Below are positions 22,603 to 30,724 of a DNA stretch of 53,403 nucleotides, piece after piece. The notes under the pieces were generated by a model. That model worked only from the letters and a program-made list of their open reading frames with translations, ran no database searches and was not told the origin of the DNA. The DNA is from Comamonadaceae bacterium. GTDB lineage: Bacteria; Pseudomonadota; Gammaproteobacteria; Burkholderiales; Burkholderiaceae_C. The position numbers and the translations under genes are program-made. Where the stretch lies: NCBI GenBank assembly GCA_947371775.1, contig CANBQX010000001.1, positions 1 to 53,403 on the forward strand, read 5' to 3'. Position 1 is the first letter of the stretch; each line of letters starts with the position of its first letter.

Positions 22603-22974
22603 TCACTGCGCCGCTTGCAAAGCCTCAAATTGTGCAGGGCTGAAGCCCACACTCAAGCGGCCGTCGCTCCAGCGCACCACAGGGCGTTTGATCACGCTGG
22701 GGTGTGCACGCATCAGAGCTGCGGCGCTGGAGGCGTCCACGGTGGCAGCCTGCAGTGCGGGGTCGAGCTTGCGCCAGGTCGTGCCCTTGCGATTCACCAG
22801 CGTTGCCCAATCCAGCGCGGCCAGCCAGGTTTGCAGGGCGTCTTCGGGTACGCCGGCCTTCTTGAAATCGTGAAAGTGGTACTCAATTCCCGCTGCACTG
22901 AGCCAGTCGCGGGCTTTTTTGACCGTGTCGCAGTTGGGGATGCCGTAGACGATGGTGTTGGCAGAGGGGTGCAT
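22603..22974 (-). CDS. ArsC/Spx/MgsR (YffB-like) family protein
   Basis: YGIPNCDTVKKAR, LVNRKGTTWRKL and PSVIKRPV. Confidence 0.9.
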   Translation of the reverse strand: MHPSANTIVYGIPNCDTVKKARDWLSAAGIEYHFHDFKKAGVPEDALQTWLAALDWATLVNRKGTTWRKLDPALQAATVDASSAAALMRAHPSVIKRPVVRWSDGRLSVGFSPAQFEALQAAQ

Positions 22975-23071
22975 AGCGAGAAAGTGGGGGCGTTCGTGGC
23001 GGGTTGGAGGTCGCCATCATGCCACCGGCACGCCGGTTCAGGCCTGCGCGCTGGGTGACAATGCGGGGCTT

Positions 23072-24370
23072 ATGAAAAACCTTTCGGACTGGCTGGCGTA
23101 TTGCGAGCAGATTCACCCGGTCAATATTGACATGGGGCTGGAGCGGGTGCGTGAAGTCGCCACCCGCATGAACTTGGCGCTCACGTGTCCGGTCATCACG
23201 GTGGCAGGCACCAATGGCAAGGGCTCGACCTGCGCCATGCTTGAATCCATCCTGATGCAAGCGGGCTACCGCACGGCGGTGTACTCGTCTCCGCACCTGG
23301 TGCACTTCGAGGAACGGCTGCGCCTGCAAGGCCAGCCGGTGCAGGCAGACGCCCTGGTCGGTGGATTTGCCGCTGTGGAAACCGCGCGCACCCAAGGCCC
23401 CGGGGTATCGCTCACCTATTTTGAGTTTTCGACGCTGGCGATTCTGGACGTTATCCGCCACACGCCGCTGGATGTTGTGATCCTGGAGGTCGGCCTGGGC
23501 GGCCGTCTGGACGCCGTCAACATCGTGGACCCCGATTGCGCGGTGATTACCAGCATCGACCTGGACCACATGGAGTTTTTGGGCACCGACCGCGAAGCCA
23601 TCGGCTTGGAAAAAGCCGGCATCATGCGCGCGGGCCGCCCCGTGGTGGTAAGCGACCCGGTGCCGCCACAAAGCGTGCTTGACCATGCCAGGCGCCTGGG
23701 TGCCGACCTGTGGCAGGTGGGGCAGGACTTCAACGTGGCGGGCGACCCGCAGCAGTGGAACTGGGCGGGGCGCGGGCGTCGCTACAGCGGTCTGGCCTAT
23801 CCCGCGCTGCGCGGCGCCAACCAACTGGTGAACGCCGCGGGCGTGCTGGCTGCGCTCACCGCTTTGCGCGAGGTGCTGCCCGTTACCGCGCAGGCGATTC
23901 GCAATGGGCTGGCCTTTGTGGAATTCGCCGGGCGCTTTCAAATCATTCCCGGCAAGCCGACCTTGGTGCTGGACGTGGCCCACAACCCGCATTCGGTGGC
24001 GGCGCTGGCGGCCAATTTGGACGCCATGGGCTACTTTCCGTGCACCCATGCCGTGTTCGGCGCCATGGCTGATAAGGACCTGGCGCCCATGCTGGCGCGC
24101 ATCAACCCCGTGATCGACCGCTGGTATTTCACCGATTTGCCCACTGCGCGTGCGGCAAGTGCCGCGCAATTGCAAACCCGTTGGCTGGCGCAAAATCCAC
24201 CTGCCACGGCCCGCAGCGCCACCTTTTCCGACCCCGCTGCCGCACTCGCTGCGGCGGTGGCTGCAGCAGACCCCGCTGATAGAATTGTGGTCTTTGGATC
24301 GTTCTACACGGTAGGCGGCGTGATGCAGCAAGGCCTGCCGCGGCTGCACGGCGAGCACCTGAGCCCTTAA
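23072..24370 (+). CDS. folC: Dihydrofolate/folylpolyglutamate synthase
   Basis: GTNGKGST, LEVGLGGRLDAVN, LDVAHNP and FGSFYTV; start placed at MKNLSDW. Confidence 0.96.
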   Translation: MKNLSDWLAYCEQIHPVNIDMGLERVREVATRMNLALTCPVITVAGTNGKGSTCAMLESILMQAGYRTAVYSSPHLVHFEERLRLQGQPVQADALVGGFAAVETARTQGPGVSLTYFEFSTLAILDVIRHTPLDVVILEVGLGGRLDAVNIVDPDCAVITSIDLDHMEFLGTDREAIGLEKAGIMRAGRPVVVSDPVPPQSVLDHARRLGADLWQVGQDFNVAGDPQQWNWAGRGRRYSGLAYPALRGANQLVNAAGVLAALTALREVLPVTAQAIRNGLAFVEFAGRFQIIPGKPTLVLDVAHNPHSVAALAANLDAMGYFPCTHAVFGAMADKDLAPMLARINPVIDRWYFTDLPTARAASAAQLQTRWLAQNPPATARSATFSDPAAALAAAVAAADPADRIVVFGSFYTVGGVMQQGLPRLHGEHLSP

Positions 24371-24384
24371 GAATCTACCCCGCT

Positions 24385-25197
24385 ATGGCCTTTTTTAAAT
24401 TTCGCAAAAATGGCGCTGAGCAGTCCGGTCCCGCCCCTGCGCCCGAAAGTCTCGACGTCCTGCGCAAGCGCGCCCGCCACCGCCTGATTGGCGCCAGCGC
24501 TTTGGTGTTGCTGGGCGTGGTCGGATTTCCTCTTTTGTTTGACAACCAGCCGCGTCCGGTGGCCGTGGACATCGCCATCGACATTCCTGACAAAGCCAAG
24601 GCCCCCGCGCTGACGGCCGCGCCTGCCAGTGCACCCGCGCCAGCGGCCGCTCCTGTCGCCTCCAATGCGCCAGCTGCCGCCAGTGCATCGTCTCCTGCGA
24701 CGAGCAATTCGATGGCCGTGGGTGCCGGTGTGGCGGCAGTAGGCGCGGTGGTCTCCAAGGCAGCGCCGGCAGCCCCTGTATCGGCCAGCGGCCCTGCAAG
24801 CATTGCCCCCGAACCAAAGGCATCGCCCAAGCCTGAGCCCAAGGCGTCGGCGAAGCCTGAACCCAAGGTGACGCCTAAACCCGCAGCCAAGGCAGACGAC
24901 AAGGCACAGTCGTCCAACAAAGCGCAAGCTTTGCTCGAAGGCAAAGACGCCAAGGCCAATGCCTCGGGCAAGCGCTATGCCGTGCAGGTGGGCGCGTTTG
25001 CCGACGACAAAAAGGCGCACGAGGTGCGCAGCACCTTAGAAAAAGCGGGCATCAAAACCTACACCCAGGTGCTGACGACCGCCGAGGGCAAGCGCACCCG
25101 GGTGCGCGTGGGGCCGTGGGAAAACAAGGCGGAAGCCGACAAAGCGGCAGAAAAAATCAAAAAGCTCAACCTGTCCGCATCGGTGTTGGAACTCTAA
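24385..25197 (+). CDS. dedD: SPOR-domain cell division protein DedD
   Basis: RHRLIGA TM, Ala/Pro linker, SPOR motifs VQVGAF and RVRVGP; lies between folC and cvpA. Confidence 0.85.
   Translation: MAFFKFRKNGAEQSGPAPAPESLDVLRKRARHRLIGASALVLLGVVGFPLLFDNQPRPVAVDIAIDIPDKAKAPALTAAPASAPAPAAAPVASNAPAAASASSPATSNSMAVGAGVAAVGAVVSKAAPAAPVSASGPASIAPEPKASPKPEPKASAKPEPKVTPKPAAKADDKAQSSNKAQALLEGKDAKANASGKRYAVQVGAFADDKKAHEVRSTLEKAGIKTYTQVLTTAEGKRTRVRVGPWENKAEADKAAEKIKKLNLSASVLEL
24808..24879 (+). repeat. Three degenerate 24-bp tandem repeats encoding PEPKxxxK in the DedD linker
   Basis: cccgaaccaaaggcatcgcccaag / cctgagcccaaggcgtcggcgaag / cctgaacccaaggtgacgcctaaa. Confidence 0.7.
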
Positions 25198-25209
25198 GCC
25201 CCGCGCCCC

Positions 25210-25695
25210 ATGGCTGATCTGGACTGGATTTTCGGTGCCGTGATGGTCGCGTCCACGGTGTTGGGCATGGTGCGAGGCCTGGTCAAAGAGGTACTGTCGT
25301 GGCTGAGCTGGGTCGCCGCTTTTTTGTTGGCCCAGCGTTTGGCACCCGAGGTAGCGCAATGGGTTCCCCTGGCGGGCGCCAGCGAAACATTGCGCTTTGC
25401 TGCCGGTTTTGTGATCGCGTTTATCGCCACCTTGATGGCTGCAGGTCTGGTGACTATGGCGATTCAGCGTTTACTCTCGATTGCAGGATTGAGTCCCATG
25501 GACCGCTTGCTCGGTGGTGCGTTTGGCATGGCACGCGGGGTGGTACTTTTATTGGCCGTCACGGTCGTGGTGGATATGACGCCTTTGCATGTACATCCTG
25601 CCTGGATCGAAGCGCAGGGTCCGCAGATCAGCCAATGGGCGCTCAACGGCCTGAAGCCGCAGTTGCCTCCCGAATTCGCAAAATTTTTGCCTTGA
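25210..25695 (+). CDS. cvpA: Colicin V production protein family
   Basis: RGLVKEVLS and DRLLGGAFGMARG; directly upstream of purF. Confidence 0.92.
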   Translation: MADLDWIFGAVMVASTVLGMVRGLVKEVLSWLSWVAAFLLAQRLAPEVAQWVPLAGASETLRFAAGFVIAFIATLMAAGLVTMAIQRLLSIAGLSPMDRLLGGAFGMARGVVLLLAVTVVVDMTPLHVHPAWIEAQGPQISQWALNGLKPQLPPEFAKFLP

Positions 25696-25710
25696 ACGAG
25701 TAAACAAACC

Positions 25711-27213
25711 ATGTGTGGAATCGTCGGCGTTGTCAGCAACGCACCTGTTAATCAGCTCATTTATGACGCCCTGTTGCTGCTGCAACACCGGGGCCAGGAC
25801 GCGGCGGGCATCGTCACGCAGCAAGAGCGCAAGTTCTTTATGCACAAGGCCAAGGGCATGGTGAAAGACGTGTTTCGCACGCGCAATATGCGTTCGCTGC
25901 CCGGTAACTGCGGTCTGGGCCAGGTGCGTTACCCCACGGCGGGCAATGCCTACAGCGAGGAAGAGGCGCAGCCGTTTTACGTCAACGCGCCCTTTGGCAT
26001 CGTGCTGGTGCACAACGGCAACCTGACCAACGCCCACGCACTCAAGCGCGAGCTGTTCAACGACGACCACCGCCATATCAACACGGACAGTGATTCGGAG
26101 GTGCTGCTCAACGTGCTTGCGCACGAGCTCGAGCGCACCAGCCGCGGTCAAGCATTGTTGCCCGAGCACCTGTTTGCGGCGGTTCGCAATGTGCATGCGC
26201 GGGTCAAGGGCTCGTACGCCGTGATCGCACTGATTGCAGGCCACGGCGTGCTGGCGTTCAGAGACCCGCATGGCATCCGTCCCCTGTGCATTGGCCGCAA
26301 CGCGACCGACGTGGTGCTGGCCAGCGAATCGGTGGCACTCGAAGGCACCTTGCATACCTTTGAGCGCAATATCGATCCCGGTGAGGCGGTGTTTGTGAAT
26401 CTGCAAGGCGAGGTGCTGGCCCAGCAGTGCGCTGACGCGCCACGGTTGAACCCTTGCATTTTTGAGTACGTGTATTTGGCCCGCCCCGACTCGGTGATGG
26501 ACGGCATCTCGGTCTACCAAGCCCGTTTGAATCTGGGCGAGACCCTGGCCAAGCGCGTCATCTCCACCGTGCCGCCCAATGAGATCGACGTCGTCATTCC
26601 CATCCCTGAGTCCAGCCGCCCCAGCGCTGCGCAACTGGCTCAGTTGCTGGGTTTGCCCTACCGTGAAGGCTTTGTCAAAAACCGCTACGTGGGCCGCACC
26701 TTCATCATGCCGGGGCAGTCGGTGCGCAAAAAGTCGGTGCGCCAGAAGCTCAATGTGATTGCCAGCGAATTCAAAGGTCGCAATGTGCTCTTGGTGGATG
26801 ACTCCATCGTGCGCGGTACGACCAGCAAAGAGATTGTGCAAATGGCGCGCGACGCCGGAGCCCGTCGCGTGTATCTGGCCAGCGCCGCGCCGCCGGTGCG
26901 CTACCCCAATGTGTATGGCATCGACATGCCCACCAGCAACGAGCTCGTGGCCCACAACCGCAGCGTGGAAGAGATCCGCGACATCATCGGCTGCGACGCA
27001 CTGATTTACCAGGACGTCGCCGGCATGAAAAAAGCCGTGGGTTCGCTCAACCCCGCGATTGCCGACTTTGACGCCTCGTGTTTTGATGGCGTCTACGTGA
27101 CGGGTGACATCACCAGTGACGACATCACTCGCCTCAGCGCCACGCGCAGCGGCAGTGAAGAAGAGCAAGAGGATGCCTCGCGCCTGGCCTTGCCCAACCA
27201 CCAAGACTCTTGA
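25711..27213 (+). CDS. purF: Amidophosphoribosyltransferase
   Basis: MCGIVG (Cys1), QHRGQDAAG and VDDSIVRGTT. Confidence 0.97.
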   Translation: MCGIVGVVSNAPVNQLIYDALLLLQHRGQDAAGIVTQQERKFFMHKAKGMVKDVFRTRNMRSLPGNCGLGQVRYPTAGNAYSEEEAQPFYVNAPFGIVLVHNGNLTNAHALKRELFNDDHRHINTDSDSEVLLNVLAHELERTSRGQALLPEHLFAAVRNVHARVKGSYAVIALIAGHGVLAFRDPHGIRPLCIGRNATDVVLASESVALEGTLHTFERNIDPGEAVFVNLQGEVLAQQCADAPRLNPCIFEYVYLARPDSVMDGISVYQARLNLGETLAKRVISTVPPNEIDVVIPIPESSRPSAAQLAQLLGLPYREGFVKNRYVGRTFIMPGQSVRKKSVRQKLNVIASEFKGRNVLLVDDSIVRGTTSKEIVQMARDAGARRVYLASAAPPVRYPNVYGIDMPTSNELVAHNRSVEEIRDIIGCDALIYQDVAGMKKAVGSLNPAIADFDASCFDGVYVTGDITSDDITRLSATRSGSEEEQEDASRLALPNHQDS

Positions 27214-27225
27214 ACTTCGAACCCC

Positions 27226-28437
27226 ATGACAGAAGCCCACCCGCCCCATCCCTTGCACCCCGATACGCTGGCCGTGCGTGAGGCCGTAGCCCGCAGCCAG
27301 TATGGAGAGAACTCAGAGGCGCTGTACCTGACCAGCGGCTACGTGCAACCGTCGGCCGCCGCCGCCGCCGCCCGCTTTGCGGGTGAAGAAGACGGTTTTA
27401 CCTACGGCCGTTACGGCAACCCGACCGTCGCCAGTTTTGAGAAACGCCTGGCTGCCATGGAAGGCACCGAAGCCTGCCTGTCCACGGCCTCGGGCATGTC
27501 CGCCATCCTCATGATGTGCATGGGCTTGCTCAAGTCTGGCGACCACGTAGTGTGCTCGCAGTCCATGTTTGGCTCGACCATCAAACTGATCGGCTCTGAC
27601 CTGGCCAAGTTTGGCGTGGAGTCCAGCTTTGTGCCTCAAACCGATGTGGCGGCCTGGGCCGCTGCGGTGCGGCCCACCACCAAGTTGCTGTTTGCCGAAA
27701 CCCCGACCAACCCCTTGACCGAGGTGTGCGACATCCGCGCACTGGCAGACATTGCCCATGCCGCAGGCGCTTTGCTGGCGGTGGACAATTGCTTTGCCAC
27801 ACCCGCCTTGCAGCGCCCGGTGCAATGGGGTGCGGACATCATCATGCACTCGGGCACCAAATATCTGGACGGCCAGGGCAGGGTGATGGCCGGCGCACTG
27901 TGTGCCAGCCAGCAGTTGGTCACCGAGAAGTTTTTGCCCGTGCTCAAGAGCGCAGGCATGACGCTGGCGCCGTTCAATGCCTGGGTGGTGCTCAAGGGGC
28001 TGGAGACTTTGGACATTCGCATGCGCGCGCAAAGCGCCAACGCGCTGAAACTCGCGCATTGGCTCGAACAATCCGCGGCGGTCAAGCGCGTCTTCTACCC
28101 GGGCTTGGCCAGCCATCCGCAGCATGCCTTGGCGATGGCGCAGCAATCTGCTTGCGGCGGTGCCGTGCTGTCGTTTGAAGTGAACGCAGACGGCCCGGAG
28201 CAAGCCCGCACGCGTGCTTTCCATGTGCTGGACGGCATGCAAACCCTATCGCTCAGCACCAATCTTGGCGACACCAAAACCCTGGTCGCGCACCCCGCCA
28301 GCACTTCGCACGGTCGATTGACCGAGGAGCAGCGTAGCGCGGCGGGTGTGACCCAAGGCCTGATCCGCGTGGCCGTGGGCCTGGAACATATTGACGACAT
28401 CACGGCCGATCTGGCCCGTGGACTGGACACTTTCTGA
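27226..28437 (+). CDS. metZ: O-succinylhomoserine sulfhydrylase
   Basis: [20 protein letters not shown] lysine in [19 protein letters not shown] and [10 protein letters not shown]. Confidence 0.9.
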   Translation: MTEAHPPHPLHPDTLAVREAVARSQYGENSEALYLTSGYVQPSAAAAAARFAGEEDGFTYGRYGNPTVASFEKRLAAMEGTEACLSTASGMSAILMMCMGLLKSGDHVVCSQSMFGSTIKLIGSDLAKFGVESSFVPQTDVAAWAAAVRPTTKLLFAETPTNPLTEVCDIRALADIAHAAGALLAVDNCFATPALQRPVQWGADIIMHSGTKYLDGQGRVMAGALCASQQLVTEKFLPVLKSAGMTLAPFNAWVVLKGLETLDIRMRAQSANALKLAHWLEQSAAVKRVFYPGLASHPQHALAMAQQSACGGAVLSFEVNADGPEQARTRAFHVLDGMQTLSLSTNLGDTKTLVAHPASTSHGRLTEEQRSAAGVTQGLIRVAVGLEHIDDITADLARGLDTF

Positions 28438-28439
28438 CT

Positions 28440-29843
28440 ATGAGCAAAACCCGCACGCGCTTTGCGCCTTCGCCCACGGGCTTTATCCACCTGGGCAACA
28501 TCCGCTCGGCGCTGTATCCCTGGGCCTTTGCCCGTGCGACCGGCGGCGACTTTATTTTGCGCATCGAAGACACCGACCAGGATCGTTCTACCCAGGCCGC
28601 GGTGGATGTGATCATTGAGGGCATGCGCTGGCTGGGACTGGATTACGACGAGGGTCCGTTCTACCAAATGCAGCGCATGGACCGCTACAAAGAAGTGCTG
28701 CTGCAGCTGCAAGCCGACGGATGGGTGTACCCCTGCTACATGTCGATGGAAGAGCTCGACGCCCTGCGCGAGCGGCAAATGCAGGCCAAAGAAAAGCCGC
28801 GTTACGACGGTACCTGGCGCCCCGCGCCTGGCAAGGCCTTACCGCCTGTGCCCGAAGGCGTGCAACCGGTGCTGCGCTTCAAAAATCCGCAAGGCGGCAG
28901 CGTGGTGTGGGACGACAAGGTCAAGGGCCGCATTGAAATCAGCAACGACGAGCTGGATGATCTGGTGATCGCCCGCCCTGCACAGCCGGGCGAGGCGGTG
29001 GGCACACCTACTTACAACTTCTGTGTGGTGGTGGACGATGTGGACATGGACATCACCCACGTCATTCGCGGTGACGACCATGTGAACAACACACCACGTC
29101 AGATCAACATCTTTCACGCGCTGGGAAAGACACCGCCTGTCTATGCCCATCTGCCCACGGTGCTCAACGAGCAGGGTGAAAAAATGAGCAAGCGCAACGG
29201 CGCCAAGGCAGTGACGCAATACGCCCTGGAAGGCTATCTGCCCGACGCGATGGTCAACTACCTGGCCCGCTTGGGCTGGAGCCATGGTGACGCTGAAATT
29301 TTCAGCCGCGCGCAATTTTTAGAGTGGTTCAACCTGGATCATCTTGGGCGCAGCGCTGCGCAGTTTGACGAAGCCAAACTGCGTTGGGTCAACGCCCAGC
29401 ACCTCAAGGCGATGTCTGGCGACGCGCTGGCACCTTTGGTGCAGGCGCACCTGGAGCGCATGTCGATCTCTGCCGACGACAAGCTCCCCGCTTTGTGCGA
29501 GTTGCTCAAAGACCGCTGCGACACGACGGTGGTCTTGGCTGATTGGGTGGCGCGCTTTTATGCCGATGTGCAGGCTGATGCCACCGATCTGGCCCAACAC
29601 GTCACGCCTGCCGTGCGCCCGGCGTTGGAGTTGCTGCGCGAGCAGCTGACGCATTGCGCATGGGACAAGTCCAGCATTGCCGCAGTGCTCAAAGAAGTGC
29701 TCAGCCAAACCGGCCTGAAAATGCCCCAGTTGGCCATGCCCGTGCGCGTGTTGGTGATGGGTACAGCGCAAACGCCATCGCTTGATGCGGTGCTGGCCTT
29801 GTGCGATAAAGAAAAAGTTCTGAGCCGACTTGCCAGAGCCTGA
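28440..29843 (+). CDS. gltX: Glutamate--tRNA ligase
   Basis: [12 protein letters not shown] (HIGH), IRGDDH and KMSKR. Confidence 0.97.
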   Translation: MSKTRTRFAPSPTGFIHLGNIRSALYPWAFARATGGDFILRIEDTDQDRSTQAAVDVIIEGMRWLGLDYDEGPFYQMQRMDRYKEVLLQLQADGWVYPCYMSMEELDALRERQMQAKEKPRYDGTWRPAPGKALPPVPEGVQPVLRFKNPQGGSVVWDDKVKGRIEISNDELDDLVIARPAQPGEAVGTPTYNFCVVVDDVDMDITHVIRGDDHVNNTPRQINIFHALGKTPPVYAHLPTVLNEQGEKMSKRNGAKAVTQYALEGYLPDAMVNYLARLGWSHGDAEIFSRAQFLEWFNLDHLGRSAAQFDEAKLRWVNAQHLKAMSGDALAPLVQAHLERMSISADDKLPALCELLKDRCDTTVVLADWVARFYADVQADATDLAQHVTPAVRPALELLREQLTHCAWDKSSIAAVLKEVLSQTGLKMPQLAMPVRVLVMGTAQTPSLDAVLALCDKEKVLSRLARA

Positions 29844-29859
29844 TTTTTCTGGCTATAAT
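29830..29859 (+). promoter_or_regulatory. Sigma70 promoter of the tRNA operon
   Basis: TTGCCA-N18-TATAAT followed by a GC-rich discriminator, about 47 nt before tRNA-Ala. Confidence 0.65.
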
Positions 29860-29906
29860 TGAGGGCTCGGAAGTAACGCGCACCGCTTGCGGTGTTCGTA
29901 GGTTTA

Positions 29907-29982
<76 letters not shown>

Positions 29983-30017
29983 CATACTTTTGAGAAAACG
30001 GATTAGTCCAAGGTTTT

Positions 30018-30093
30018 GACCCCATCGTCTAGAGGCCTAGGACATCACCCTTTCACGGTGAGTACCGGGGTTCGAATCCCCGTGGGGTCGCCA
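30018..30093 (+). tRNA. tRNA-Glu(TTC)
   Basis: GACCCCA...TGGGGTC-G-CCA; anticodon arm TCACC-CTTTCAC-GGTGA. Confidence 0.97.
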
Positions 30094-30149
30094 GATTCAT
30101 CGCAAGATGATGAAAGCAAGAGCAGACAACGGCAACGTTGTCGCTACCA

Positions 30150-30226
30150 GGAGTGGTAGTTCAGTTGGTTAGAATACCGGCCTGTCACGCCGGGGGTCGC
30201 GGGTTCGAGTCCCGTCCACTCCGCCA
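30150..30226 (+). tRNA. tRNA-Asp(GTC)
   Basis: GGAGTGG...CCACTCC-G-CCA; anticodon arm CCGGC-CTGTCAC-GCCGG. Confidence 0.97.
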
Positions 30227-30239
30227 AATTTTCCTTGTC

Positions 30240-30252
30240 AATCAAGGACTTA
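30240..30252 (+). promoter_or_regulatory. IHF consensus match AATCAAGGACTTA
   Basis: Exact match to WATCAANNNNTTR, 13 nt after the tRNA-Asp 3' end. Confidence 0.45.
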
Positions 30253-30253
30253 C

Positions 30254-30286
30254 AAAAAGCCCGCTGCGCAAGTTGCGGGCTTTTTT
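30254..30286. terminator. Bidirectional intrinsic terminator between the tRNA operon and the cupin gene
   Basis: AAAAAGCCCGC-N10-GCGGGCTTTTTT. Confidence 0.85.
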
Positions 30287-30293
30287 GTTGGGT

Positions 30294-30677
30294 CTAAAAG
30301 TGGTACTCCACCTTGCTGAAGTCGCTGATGGCGAACGCATAAAGAATCGTGAGCGCTTCGTCATGCGCATTGTTGATCTGGTGCGTCGCATTACCGGGGA
30401 TAAAGAGCATTCTTCCGGGTGTCACCTCGTGCACCACACCTTCAATGGTGACGGTGCCGCGGCCTGACAGCGTGAAATAGGTTTCGGGCTGCGCATGGCG
30501 GTGTGGCTCCAGAGATTCGCCCTTTTGCAGCCGTACCACCCCCATCGTCATGTCGTTTTGGCAGCCCGTGGCGCTGCCGAGCAGCTCTTTCCACTGCGCT
30601 TTGCCGCGTACAGCGATTTGGTCGGAGGGCCAGGTGGTCCACTCGAGGTCATCGAGGTGCTGGGAGGCTGCTTGCAT
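30294..30677 (-). CDS. Cupin protein, DddW/DddK (DMSP lyase)-like
   Basis: 127 aa from MQAASQ; cupin motif 1 PHRHAQPETY, motif 2 IPGNATH, C-terminal FSKVEYHF. Confidence 0.75.
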   Translation of the reverse strand: MQAASQHLDDLEWTTWPSDQIAVRGKAQWKELLGSATGCQNDMTMGVVRLQKGESLEPHRHAQPETYFTLSGRGTVTIEGVVHEVTPGRMLFIPGNATHQINNAHDEALTILYAFAISDFSKVEYHF

Positions 30678-30724
30678 AGTGAGATTTCTTTTTTCAAAGG
30701 GAGTTAACGCGGGGGAATGCCAAG

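Noticed and set aside
24808-24879. Tandem repeats as a CRISPR array or contingency locus
   Set aside because: Degenerate in-frame 24-mers encoding the DedD Pro/Lys linker; no spacers or cas genes
30138-30467. 109-aa plus-strand ORF
   Set aside because: Translates tRNA-Asp and the terminator, and runs antisense into the cupin gene
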